Source: an uncultured Desulfomicrobium sp.
Lineage (GTDB): Bacteria > Desulfobacterota > Desulfovibrionia > Desulfovibrionales > Desulfomicrobiaceae
NCBI GenBank assembly: GCA_937872685.1
Contig: CALMTS010000500.1
Location: 11,560-75,559, forward strand
Reading direction: 5' to 3'
DNA: 64,000 bases
Shown here: positions 1 through 8,911 of the stretch, piece after piece
How the letters are laid out: every line of letters starts with the position of its first letter
Numbering within the stretch: position 1 is the first letter of the stretch
Program-made: the position numbers and the translations under genes
The notes under the pieces: generated by a model
The model's database searches: none
Told to the model about the DNA's origin: nothing
Seen by the model: the letters and a program-made list of their open reading frames with translations, nothing else

Positions 1-46
1 CGACCGTGATAAAAAGCGGGAGTACAAACTTGGACCTGAGACTCAT
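1..46 (-). CDS. 5' end of a gene running off the left edge (MSLRSKFVLPLFITV...), probably a membrane-anchored sensor or chemoreceptor
   Basis: ATG at 46 with GGAGG SD 5 nt upstream; basic residues then a hydrophobic run. Only 15 codons are visible. Confidence 0.45.
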   Translation of the reverse strand, partial: MSLRSKFVLPLFITV

Positions 47-194
47 GCTTTCCTCCGACCAGAACGGTGTGAATTCAATGTATTTCTTTTTAGCCTTGCC
101 GTGCCTCTTATCATGGTGAACGCGGAATATCAATAATCGCCAAAATTTTAAATCGCGTATGACGGAAATAAATTATTTGGTATAGGGGCGTATC

Positions 195-235
195 AAAAAA
201 AGAAAGCGCCCCTGCATTTATTTAATGCAGGGGCG
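195..235 (-). terminator. Intrinsic terminator of the molybdoenzyme/ferredoxin operon
   Basis: 12-bp stem CGCCCCTGCATT (207-218) / AATGCAGGGGCG (224-235), followed on the minus strand by a T-rich tract. Confidence 0.8.
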
Positions 236-266
236 TCTAAAAAAACGATCTCTTTAAGCCCTATTT

Positions 267-716
267 CTATTTCTTTCGCTCCAGGCATAACGCGTGCGTC
301 GTACATGCTGTGACGCAAGCAGGCTCCAGGCCGGCATCAAGCCTGTCCATGCAGTAGTCGCATTTGCCGACGACATTCTCATCTTCATGCAGCACGGGAA
401 TGTTCCACGGACAGGCCGAGATGCACGACTCGCAGCCGATGCACAGTTCTTTGATCACATAGACCAGGCCGTCGGATTCTCTGCGAACCATTGCTTCTGT
501 CGGACAGGCTGCAACACATGCAGGGTCGTCGCAGTGATAGCAGCTGCGAAAAGAGGCCTTCATGACGATCTTCCCGTCCTTGAGCTCCGGATTGCCGGAG
601 GTATGCACTGCGTATTTGATGCCGACGGGATTGTTGTTCTTGACCTTGCAGTGCACCTCACAGGCTTTGCAGTGGATGCAACGCTTCTTGTCCAATTTCA
701 TTCTGTAGTTGCTCAT
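267..716 (-). CDS. 4x[4Fe-4S] ferredoxin-type electron-transfer subunit (PhsB/PsrB/DmsB family)
   Basis: Four Cys groups: CIHCKACEVHC, CYHCDDPACVAAC, CIGCESCISAC, CDYC...PACVTAC. Start MSNYRMK at 716 with GGGAGG SD. Confidence 0.9.
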   Translation of the reverse strand: MSNYRMKLDKKRCIHCKACEVHCKVKNNNPVGIKYAVHTSGNPELKDGKIVMKASFRSCYHCDDPACVAACPTEAMVRRESDGLVYVIKELCIGCESCISACPWNIPVLHEDENVVGKCDYCMDRLDAGLEPACVTACTTHALCLERKK

Positions 717-727
717 CGTTGCCTCCC

Positions 728-2815
728 CTAGATTTTGCGCACGCCGACGAAATGTTCCTGCATGGACAGGCAGCCGCCGCCCTTGTCCCAGCACTCCAGG
801 CCGCCGGGCATGAGCTCCTGGTCGGCCGCGCCCTTGCCGATGGCCCTGGATTCGACAGGCAGTCTGTGCCCGAATCCGTGGACCATGAACAGGGCTTCGG
901 GGTGGATGCAGTCCGTCACGAAGGCCCGGATCTTGCCGCTCTCGCCCCTGGCGGAGAAGACCTCGACCATGTCGCCGTCGGCAATGCCCATCTCCGCGGC
1001 GCGGCTGGTGTGGATCCAGGCCACGTTCTCGGGCATCTGCTCGGCCAGGAGGGGGTTGTTCACGGTGTGCCCCTGGGTGTGCACGCCGACGCGGCCGAAG
1101 GCGATGCGGAACATGCCCTTGGGCGGGCTGGCCGGAGAGGCATACGGCGGCAGGGTGTCATGGCCGGCTTTGGCCCACTTCCCGCTGGCCATTTCGATCT
1201 TGCCCGACGGAGTGGGCAGGGTGACTTCTGACATGGGGCGATAGAGCGGCTTGTCGGCAAGTTCCACGAAGCCCTTGGCGTCGAAGTCCTCGACGGTCAC
1301 GCCGGTGTCCTGCAGCTGGTAGTTCCAAAGGTCCTCGATCGTCTCGAAGGCCAGAGGGTCAAGCCCCAGGCGCTTGGCCAGCCCGCAGATGATTTCCCAG
1401 TCGGCCTTGGAGTCGAACGTCGGCTCCTGGGCGCGTTTGCGGACGAAAAACTGCGGCTTGAGGCCCGATTTTCCAGCGATGATGCTTTCCCGCGCCAGGT
1501 AGGTGGACAGGGGCAGGACCACGTCGGAATGCCAGGCCGTGTCGGACCAGGAGAAGGTGATGCTTACCAGGAGGTCCAGCTTTTCCCATTTCTTCTTGAG
1601 GGCCTCGGGGTCGGGCATGGCCATGAGGGGGTCGTGGCGGAAGCACAGGTAGGCCCTCACGGGGTAGGGTTCGTCGGTGACGATGGCGTCGTAGGCGAGA
1701 TTGACCAGGCCCGGGCCGCCGTCGAACTGCGGGTATTTCCAGCCGACGCCGTCGGCGCGTTTTTCTTCGGGTTTGGGGAAGAGGTCCACGAGCTTCTTGA
1801 GGCCCTTGCGGCCGACTTCCTTGGACGAATTGACGAAGGGCAGCCCGCCCTTGGCGCCGAAGGCCCCGAGCAGGGCGTTGATGATGTAGGCCGTGCGGCA
1901 GACCTGGAAGGAATCGTTGTAGCGCGCCACCATCCAGCCTGGGTGCCAGACCACGCTGGGCGCGGCTTCCGACAGCTGGCGGGCCAGGTCCCTGATGCCC
2001 TCGGCCGAAGCACCGGTTTCGGCGGCAGCCCATTCGGGCGTGTACGGCTTCACGAATTCCTTGAGGCGGTCGAAGCCGTCCACGAACTGCTCGACATATT
2101 CCTTGTTGTACAGATCGTCGAAGATGAGCGCGTGAATGACGCCCAGGTTGAATGCGTAGTCCGTGCCGGGGCGGATGAGGAAGAAGTTGTCGGCCTTGCT
2201 CGCGCTGACGTTGCCGCGGATGTCGATGACGGTCAGCTTCGCTCCGCCGGCGATGCCGTCCAGGGTCGCGTTGACCTCGGCGACATTGATGGCCTCCATG
2301 ATGTTGCGGGTCTGGAGGATGATGTGCTTGGCGTTGCGCAGGTCGTAGGCCACCATCTTGCGGCCCACGCCGATGACGGACTGGGCGCCGTGCTGCACGT
2401 TGCGGGCGCATGACGCGTCGTGGTTGCAGTAGTTGGGGGAGCCGATGCCGCGCATGAAGGCCTGGTGCAGGTCCGGGAATGGGCCGCCGCGGTCGGACCA
2501 GAGAACTGAGCGAGGTCCGTGTTCGGCCATGATGCCTTTGAGCTTGCCGGCTACGTAGTCCAGGGCTTCATCCCAGGAAACGGCCTTCCATTTGCCCTCG
2601 CCGCGCTCACCCGTGCGGATGAGGGGCGTCTGGGGCTTTTCCGGATCCTGTTCCAGGGCGATGCCCGCTGCACCGCGGGCGCAGAGCCCGCCCTTGAGCG
2701 GAGAAAATTCGTTTCCCTGGATACGAACGGCCTTGCCGTCCTGCACATCCACCTGGATCGGGCAGCGCACGGTGCACATGCCGCAGACACTAAATACAGT
2801 TTTGGTTGCCGTCAT
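728..2815 (-). CDS. Molybdopterin oxidoreductase catalytic subunit, thiosulfate/polysulfide reductase (PhsA/PsrA) type
   Basis: N-terminal CGMCTVRC...LCARG Fe-S motif, Cys-ligand region HDASCARN, ADVVLP-like HSDVVLP, C-terminal Mo-bis-PGD binding domain. Start MTATKT at 2815 with GGAGG SD. Confidence 0.85.
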   Translation of the reverse strand: MTATKTVFSVCGMCTVRCPIQVDVQDGKAVRIQGNEFSPLKGGLCARGAAGIALEQDPEKPQTPLIRTGERGEGKWKAVSWDEALDYVAGKLKGIMAEHGPRSVLWSDRGGPFPDLHQAFMRGIGSPNYCNHDASCARNVQHGAQSVIGVGRKMVAYDLRNAKHIILQTRNIMEAINVAEVNATLDGIAGGAKLTVIDIRGNVSASKADNFFLIRPGTDYAFNLGVIHALIFDDLYNKEYVEQFVDGFDRLKEFVKPYTPEWAAAETGASAEGIRDLARQLSEAAPSVVWHPGWMVARYNDSFQVCRTAYIINALLGAFGAKGGLPFVNSSKEVGRKGLKKLVDLFPKPEEKRADGVGWKYPQFDGGPGLVNLAYDAIVTDEPYPVRAYLCFRHDPLMAMPDPEALKKKWEKLDLLVSITFSWSDTAWHSDVVLPLSTYLARESIIAGKSGLKPQFFVRKRAQEPTFDSKADWEIICGLAKRLGLDPLAFETIEDLWNYQLQDTGVTVEDFDAKGFVELADKPLYRPMSEVTLPTPSGKIEMASGKWAKAGHDTLPPYASPASPPKGMFRIAFGRVGVHTQGHTVNNPLLAEQMPENVAWIHTSRAAEMGIADGDMVEVFSARGESGKIRAFVTDCIHPEALFMVHGFGHRLPVESRAIGKGAADQELMPGGLECWDKGGGCLSMQEHFVGVRKI

Positions 2816-3063
2816 GGCCTCCCCCCGGGAATAGCGCGGAGCCGGAATGCAAGGCTCCGCTGATGGTTGGTCGATATTGTGGTTTGTCACTAACGCCAGA
2901 ACTCCCCGATGCAAAATGGCCGGCAATAATGCGCCCTTTTTCACAAGGAGGGGGGCTTCCCGCCCGCGCTTCTCGTTTCCGGCCCTGCCCGCTTGTATCA
3001 AAAAGGGGTTAACGATTCCACTGCCGGCACGGCAGAGTCTGCAGCTTTGTGGGCAGTCGTCGG

Positions 3064-4476
3064 TTAATCCGGCAGCACGGCCACTCCGGCACCCAGGATC
3101 GTCAGCCCGCGCACCCGGTCCAGGAAGGAGCCCTGTTTCACGTCGGGACGCTCTTCGCCGGGCCGCAGGGTGGAGATGACCAGCATGCCGATCACGGCCC
3201 GCCCTTCTCCGCCGTCAGGCGTCGTGGTGCGTATGCCCCAGATGTTGTGGAGCATGAGCGGGTCGCCACGGTGGTTCGTGCCCAGGTACAGCCCGATGTG
3301 CCCCGGCATCCAGAGGAGGGAGACGAAGGGTGTGCCGCGGGAGCGGATCGTCCGGAGTTTTTCCTCGGCCGGCATGCCGTCGAGTTCGATCAGCGTGCCT
3401 CCCTGGCGGGCTTGCTGTGAGGAATTGCGGGGCAGCCAGATGCCGAAGGGCAGGAACAGGTCGCGCAGGGTGGAGGAGCAGTCCCGGTTTTCGAACATTC
3501 CGCCCCAGCCGTAGAGCTGGCCGGCCATGGCGTCCGCCAGCCCGGCCACACTCCGCGAGGTCAGGGGCAGGGGCATGAGCGCAGCCTGCAGGGGACTCAG
3601 GGTGGCCAGCCCCGTGCGCGCCATGCCGTCGGAGTCGCGAAGCGGGACCATGACCGCGAGTTCGGGGCCCCGGCGTGAGTGCAACGGGAAGATGGCCCCT
3701 ATGTGGGCCTGGCCCAGGAACCTTTGCGCGTCCATCAGGGGGGTGTCGTCGCTGCGGAGCGCAACCATGGCGCGTCTGCGGTACTGGCTGCGGAACGCTT
3801 CGTCTGCCATGGCGACGTCTTCGCGGCGAATCCAGCCCGACGAGAAGGCCGTCTCGACATAGAGCCACGCGCGGTCCCGGGAAGCGTGCGAGACGAAGAC
3901 GGGGGTGCCCAGCCAGATGGCGGTGTTCTGGAAATAATCGAAGGGGAAACCTTCGCCCGGCAGGGACGGGTCCAGGAAGAACGGCCGGTTGGACGGCAGG
4001 ACGCGCAAGGCCGTGTTGCGGGTGACGATGGCCGGGGCGGCCATGGACGGATAGGCCCCCATGTCCTGCAGGGCCACGAGCCGTTCCCAGCGTTCCCGGG
4101 GGTAGGGTCGCAGGTTTTCGGCGTAGCCCTGTTTGGTCCCGTAGGCGGCCGTGCCCCAGAACGCCTCGTCTGGCGGCAGTGACGCCTTCTTCTGGCTCCA
4201 CGGGGCATAGAAGCGCTCCAGGGCGCGTTCATGCAGGACGACCAGTTCCGTCATTTCCAGCAGGGGGGTGTCCGAGAGGGGGACCGCCAGCCCAACCCGT
4301 TGCGGGACGTCGAGGGCGACCTCGGGCGCCGGCTCGGGCTGGGCCGGGATCTCGGTCTGGACAGGGACGGGAACGGCCGGCGTCGCCGGCACGGGCTTGC
4401 CCGCGCATCCGGAGAAGACGGAGAGACTCAGCGCCACGCAGACGCACCACCGCCATGTGCCGGTACGACGCTTCAT
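3064..4476 (-). CDS. NlpC/P60 peptidoglycan endopeptidase lipoprotein with SH3-like N-terminal region
   Basis: Lipobox VFSGC; catalytic RDCSS, LPRNSSQQ, GHIGLYLG, LHN. Confidence 0.85.
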   Translation of the reverse strand: MKRRTGTWRWCVCVALSLSVFSGCAGKPVPATPAVPVPVQTEIPAQPEPAPEVALDVPQRVGLAVPLSDTPLLEMTELVVLHERALERFYAPWSQKKASLPPDEAFWGTAAYGTKQGYAENLRPYPRERWERLVALQDMGAYPSMAAPAIVTRNTALRVLPSNRPFFLDPSLPGEGFPFDYFQNTAIWLGTPVFVSHASRDRAWLYVETAFSSGWIRREDVAMADEAFRSQYRRRAMVALRSDDTPLMDAQRFLGQAHIGAIFPLHSRRGPELAVMVPLRDSDGMARTGLATLSPLQAALMPLPLTSRSVAGLADAMAGQLYGWGGMFENRDCSSTLRDLFLPFGIWLPRNSSQQARQGGTLIELDGMPAEEKLRTIRSRGTPFVSLLWMPGHIGLYLGTNHRGDPLMLHNIWGIRTTTPDGGEGRAVIGMLVISTLRPGEERPDVKQGSFLDRVRGLTILGAGVAVLPD

Positions 4477-4525
4477 GCACGAATCCCGGTTCGCGGTTGC
4501 GGCTGGCTGCCTCGCGTGATCATGT

Positions 4526-5389
4526 TCAGTAGACCTTGCGTCGCGAAAAGCCCTTGCCGATGACGTTGAAGGTGTTCTCGAAAATGACGAACGCTTCGGG
4601 GTCGATAGTAAAGATCATTTCTTCGAGTTTCTTCTGCTGCACGTTGTTGACCACGGTCATGACCACCTGCTTGGGCAGGCCCGTGTAGCCTCCGCGGCCT
4701 TCCAGCAGCGTCACGCCACGGTTGGCCTCCTTCATGATGTGGTCGGCGATGTCCTGGGCGTGCTCGGAAATGATGAAAACGAGCTTGCGCTGGTTGAACA
4801 TGCTCAGCACGTAGTCCATGATCTGGCCGGTCACGAACACGACGATGAGGGAGTACAGGACGATGTCCGTCTCCATCAGCGCGAAGCTGGCCGTGAAGAG
4901 CGTCGCGTTGAAGAGGAAGCTGATCTGGCCGATGCGGAAGCCGAAGCGCTGGTGCAGGATGATGCCGATGATGTCCAGACCGCCGGAGGAGCCCAGGGAC
5001 CGCAGGCTGATGCCGGCGCCGGCGCCGGCCAGGGCGCCGGCGGTGATGGCGGCCAGGAGTTGGTCGTGCACCGGCAGGGTGAAGGAGATGACTTCCATCC
5101 AGAACGTGATGGAGAACATCCCGTACGCGGTGTAGAGCACGAAGCGCCGGCTGACCATGATCCATCCGACCACGGCGATGGGGATGTTGAGGAGCAGCAG
5201 CCACAGGCCGGGCGTCAGGTTGTGGGTGAAGTAGTAGAGCAGCAGCGCGATGCCCGACACGCCTCCGGTCAGGAAACCGTGAGGTACGGCCACGGACTTG
5301 ACGCCCATGGCGAACAGGAAGCTGCCTGCGGTGAGCAGGGCCAGGTTCCAGGGGATGGAGTAGGCGAAGAGCCTCGTTTTGGCGTTCAT
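4526..5389 (-). CDS. YitT family membrane protein (DUF2179 C-terminus)
   Basis: GFLTGGVSG, SSGGLD, RGVTLLEGRGGYTG, IDPEAF motifs; several TM segments. Confidence 0.85.
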   Translation of the reverse strand: MNAKTRLFAYSIPWNLALLTAGSFLFAMGVKSVAVPHGFLTGGVSGIALLLYYFTHNLTPGLWLLLLNIPIAVVGWIMVSRRFVLYTAYGMFSITFWMEVISFTLPVHDQLLAAITAGALAGAGAGISLRSLGSSGGLDIIGIILHQRFGFRIGQISFLFNATLFTASFALMETDIVLYSLIVVFVTGQIMDYVLSMFNQRKLVFIISEHAQDIADHIMKEANRGVTLLEGRGGYTGLPKQVVMTVVNNVQQKKLEEMIFTIDPEAFVIFENTFNVIGKGFSRRKVY

Positions 5390-5550
5390 GGGCGTCAGCT
5401 TGCATCGTTTTGAGGAAATGTCCATATGCGGAACGGTGCCTCGGCAAAAGAGCGCCGTCCGAGGGTTTGCATCTTCCATCCGTCCTTTGTAAACGTCGGC
5501 ATGGCCCGAAAATTCCGGGCGTATCCCGAATCCCGCCAACAGGAGACGCA

Positions 5551-7959
5551 ATGCCAGCCTTCAAGGTCGCAACCCACATCGATTTTCCGGCCATGACCCT
5601 GCTCTTTCAGGGCGCCGCCGGCGAGAACCGGCGGTTTCTGTTCGAGCACGAGGTCTATGACCTGCTGCGCAATCTGGGCTCCGAGACGCCGCCGCGCAAC
5701 ATCCTGCTCAAGGCCGGCACCCGCCCCCCGGACGAAGAACTGCTGGCCCTGCCCGGAGACAAGGTCGTGCTCAAGATCGTCTCCCCCTATATCGTGCACA
5801 AGAGCGACGTGGGCGGAGTCCGGATCGTCCCCAAGCACCCCGACAGGATACGCTCCACGTGGCGCCGGATGATGTACGAAGTGGCCGAGAATTACGCCGA
5901 CCGCATCGAGCGCCGTCCCGGCCACGCTCCCGACCGCTACCGCGGCCTGGCCGGCGACGCCCTGGTTTCAGCCATCTCCCAGGACATCCGTGGTGTGCTC
6001 ATGGTCCAGTTTCTGCCCCCGGACTCGGACACCTTCGGCAACGAGCTCATCGTCGGCCTGCGCGCCACCCGCGAGTTCGGCATGATCCTCACTGCCGGCG
6101 TCGGAGGCACCGACACGGAGCTGCTGGCGGAAAATTTCAGGAAGAACCGCAGCATCGTCTCGGCTTCGACGGAACTCAACGACGGCGAATCCTTTTTCGA
6201 GCTCTTCCGCCGGACCGTGTCCTACAAGGTCCTGACCGGAAAGACGCGGGGCCGCAGGCGCGTGGTCTCCGACGAGCAGCTCATCGAGTGCTTCTCCGCC
6301 TTCATCCAGGTCGGGAACTTCTTCTCGCCCACGCGCGAGGACGCGCCGTTCGTCATCGAGGAGCTGGAGATCAACCCCTTCGCCTTCCAGGACTTCATGA
6401 TGGTGCCCCTGGACGGCATGTGCCGCTTTTCGCCAAGCCCTGCAGCATTCAAGGCCCCGCGGCCCGTGGGGCGGATTCACACCCTGCTCCATCCGGCGCG
6501 CATCGGGATCATCGGCGTGTCCACCTCGCGGCAGAACTTCGGGCGGGTCATTCTGCGCAACGTGCTGGCCCACGGCTTTCCGGCGGAGAACATCACGGTC
6601 ATCCATCCCACGGCCGGCGAGGTGGACGGCGTCGGGTGCGCGCCGAGCCTGGCCGCCCTGACCGAACCCGTGGACCTCTTCGTCGTGGCCGTGTCCGCCG
6701 AAAACGTTCCGGCACTCATCGAGGAGGTCATGGAGACGGGCAAGGCTTCCTCCGTGCTGCTCATCCCCGGCGGGCTGGGTGAGACACCCGACAGCAGGGA
6801 GCTGGCCATGCGCATCATGGCGCGCATCGACGAAGGGCACAGGCGCGGCGACGGCCCCGTGTTCCTGGGGGGCAACTCCATGGGCGTCATCTCCCATCCG
6901 GGACGCTACGACACCTGGTTCATCCCTGAGGAGAAGCTGCCCAAGGCCCGTGGCGACTACCGCCGCAACTCGGCCTTCATCAGCCAGTCCGGAGCCTTCA
7001 TGGCCACGCGCATGAGCCGCGCGCCCGAGCTGGATCCGGCCTATCTCATCTCCATCGGCAACCAAAACGACCTGACCCTGGGCGACCTCATGGCCTACTT
7101 CAAGGACCACCCGGACATGGACGTCGTCGGCATCTATTGCGAGGGCTTCAACGACCTCGACGGCGTGCACTTCACGCGCGCCGTGCGCCAGGCCGTGCTG
7201 GCCGGCAAGGAGATCGTCTTTTACAAGGCCGGGCGGACGCCCGAAGGCAAGACCGCGACCTCCAGCCACACGGCCTCCCTGGCCGGGGATTACACGGTCT
7301 GCGAAGCGTGCCTGACCCAGGCCGGGGCCATGGTCGCGCGTTCCTTCAACCAGTTCACGGAGCTGTGCATGCTGGCCAAGGGGCTTCACGGCAAGACCAT
7401 TGCCGGCAACCGCATGGCCGCCGTGTCCACGGCCGGCTACGAAGCCGTGGGCATGGCCGACAACATCAGCGCCGATGATTTCGAGTTGCGCATGGCCGCA
7501 TTCGGGCCGGCCACGCGGGAGCGCCTGGGACGGGCCCTGGCCGCGTGCGGGCTGGACAGGCTGGTGGAGGTCAAGAATCCGCTGGATATCAACCCTGCGG
7601 CAACGGATGCGTTGTTCGTGGAAGTGGTGGAGGCCCTGGCCGCGGACCCGGGGGTGGACCTGGCCGTCATCGGCATGATCCCGCTTACGCCGTCCATGTC
7701 CTCCCTGGCCATGGACCTGAGCCAGAATATCGCCGAACGCATCAGCGCCATCGCCCGGCAGAGCCCCAAGCCCCTGGTGGCCGTGGTCGACGGCGGGGAG
7801 ATGTACAACCCCTTCGCGGCCATGCTGCGCGAGCGGGGCATGCCTGTGTTCCGGGATGCGGACCGGGCCGTGAGGGCTCTGGGCCTCTATGTGCAGGCCC
7901 GGCTCGGGGCCGAGAATCTGCGCTGCCGGCGCAGCGAGGATTTCGGCGAGGCCGGCTAG
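5551..7959 (+). CDS. ADP-forming acyl-CoA synthetase (acetate-CoA ligase family), ATP-grasp domain fused N-terminal to CoA-binding/ligase domains
   Basis: KIVSPYIVHKSDVGGV ATP-grasp, ELEINP, GGNSMG, SQSGA, phospho-His motif SSHTASLAG, NPLD. AGGAG SD before ATG 5551. Confidence 0.85.
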   Translation: MPAFKVATHIDFPAMTLLFQGAAGENRRFLFEHEVYDLLRNLGSETPPRNILLKAGTRPPDEELLALPGDKVVLKIVSPYIVHKSDVGGVRIVPKHPDRIRSTWRRMMYEVAENYADRIERRPGHAPDRYRGLAGDALVSAISQDIRGVLMVQFLPPDSDTFGNELIVGLRATREFGMILTAGVGGTDTELLAENFRKNRSIVSASTELNDGESFFELFRRTVSYKVLTGKTRGRRRVVSDEQLIECFSAFIQVGNFFSPTREDAPFVIEELEINPFAFQDFMMVPLDGMCRFSPSPAAFKAPRPVGRIHTLLHPARIGIIGVSTSRQNFGRVILRNVLAHGFPAENITVIHPTAGEVDGVGCAPSLAALTEPVDLFVVAVSAENVPALIEEVMETGKASSVLLIPGGLGETPDSRELAMRIMARIDEGHRRGDGPVFLGGNSMGVISHPGRYDTWFIPEEKLPKARGDYRRNSAFISQSGAFMATRMSRAPELDPAYLISIGNQNDLTLGDLMAYFKDHPDMDVVGIYCEGFNDLDGVHFTRAVRQAVLAGKEIVFYKAGRTPEGKTATSSHTASLAGDYTVCEACLTQAGAMVARSFNQFTELCMLAKGLHGKTIAGNRMAAVSTAGYEAVGMADNISADDFELRMAAFGPATRERLGRALAACGLDRLVEVKNPLDINPAATDALFVEVVEALAADPGVDLAVIGMIPLTPSMSSLAMDLSQNIAERISAIARQSPKPLVAVVDGGEMYNPFAAMLRERGMPVFRDADRAVRALGLYVQARLGAENLRCRRSEDFGEAG

Positions 7960-8369
7960 TCCTCGGCGCCGCGCCGCTGGGCCTTGAGGCGGGACTGCCT
8001 GGCCTTGGCGTCGAGGCGTCTTTCCTTGGACGCGCGAGTGGGGCGGGTCGGCTTGCGGGTTTTGGGGCGGATGGCGGCCTGGGCCACGATGTGCGCCAGT
8101 CGCGTCAGGGCGGCCGTGCGGTTGGCCTCCTGGGTGCGGTGCGCATCGGAGCGCAGTATCAGTTCGCCGTCGGAGGTGAGACGCTTTCCGGCCAGGACAG
8201 CGAGGCGGGCCCGCCCGTCCTCGTCCAGTCCGGCAATGGCATCCATGTGTACGCGCAGGCGTACGGCCGTGGCCACCTTGTTCACATTCTGGCCCCCGGG
8301 CCCGCAGGAGCGGATGTATTCGAACCGGATGTCGTCGTCTTCGATATGGATGCGTGGGGTGATGTGCAT
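7956..8369 (-). CDS. arfB: Alternative ribosome rescue factor B (peptidyl-tRNA hydrolase)
   Basis: GPGGQNVNKV GGQ motif; basic C-tail RKPTRPTRASKERRLDAK. Confidence 0.92.
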   Translation of the reverse strand: MHITPRIHIEDDDIRFEYIRSCGPGGQNVNKVATAVRLRVHMDAIAGLDEDGRARLAVLAGKRLTSDGELILRSDAHRTQEANRTAALTRLAHIVAQAAIRPKTRKPTRPTRASKERRLDAKARQSRLKAQRRGAED

Positions 8370-8457
8370 GGGGAGGCCCTACCGGAACACGGGCGGTCTT
8401 GAAAGTGGAAAGGGCCGCCGAAGCAGCCCTGGTTTGTCTCTGTAACTCGTATCGTGT

Positions 8458-8778
8458 CTAGCCGCAGCTGCCGCCGCAGCCGCAAGAAGAGCATCCGCCC
8501 CCGCCTTCGGGGAAGACCATGCTCGACTCCACGGTGAAGCCCATGTTCTGGTCGAAGAGAACCGTGACAGGCTTGGCCTGCTCAAAGAGCGCCTCTTCCA
8601 TCAAGAAGGAGTAACCGTCGATTTCGAAGACCTGATCCCCGCCTTTCTGCTCGTCCAGGGCCAGTCCAAGCCTCGGCCCGCCACAACCTGAAGCCAGATA
8701 TATGCGGATGGGTTCCTTGTCCTTGCCGTTGAAATGCTCGTCCAGCTGCTCCTTGGCCGCCGGTTGGAGAGTAAACAT
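8458..8778 (-). CDS. HesB/IscA-like protein (Cys form of a family that often carries Sec)
   Basis: IRIYLASGCGGPRLGLALDE motif; C-terminal GCSSCGCGGSCG; AGGAGG SD. Confidence 0.8.
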   Translation of the reverse strand: MFTLQPAAKEQLDEHFNGKDKEPIRIYLASGCGGPRLGLALDEQKGGDQVFEIDGYSFLMEEALFEQAKPVTVLFDQNMGFTVESSMVFPEGGGGCSSCGCGGSCG

Positions 8779-8807
8779 AGATGCCTCCTATATTATTAAT
8801 AGGGTTT

Positions 8808-8835
8808 CTTTTAAGTTTTCCCTCCCGGCTGTCAA
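8808..8835 (-). promoter_or_regulatory. Putative sigma70 promoter of the HesB-like gene
   Basis: TTGACA (8835-8830), 16-nt spacer, TAAAAG. The -10 element is imperfect. Confidence 0.4.
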
Positions 8836-8857
8836 CATCGTGCCGGCGGGCAAATGG

Positions 8858-8881
8858 AAAAAAAAGGCCGCAAATGCGGCC
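8858..8881 (-). terminator. Intrinsic terminator after the GAF-GGDEF-PilZ gene
   Basis: GGCCGCA/TGCGGCC stem followed by T8 on the minus strand. Confidence 0.75.
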
Positions 8882-8911
8882 GGCAGGAAAGGGGTTGGCA
8901 GGGGATGCGGT

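Noticed and set aside
2836-2860. 8-bp hairpin in the molybdoenzyme leader, considered as a Moco/Wco riboswitch
   Set aside because: A single stem only; the multi-stem architecture was not recognisable. An Rfam/Infernal scan would be needed.
2930-2950. TTGTGAA half-site resembling a Rex operator upstream of the molybdoenzyme (also TTCGTGAA near 59232 and TTCACGAA near 25340)
   Set aside because: The second half-site is missing in each case.
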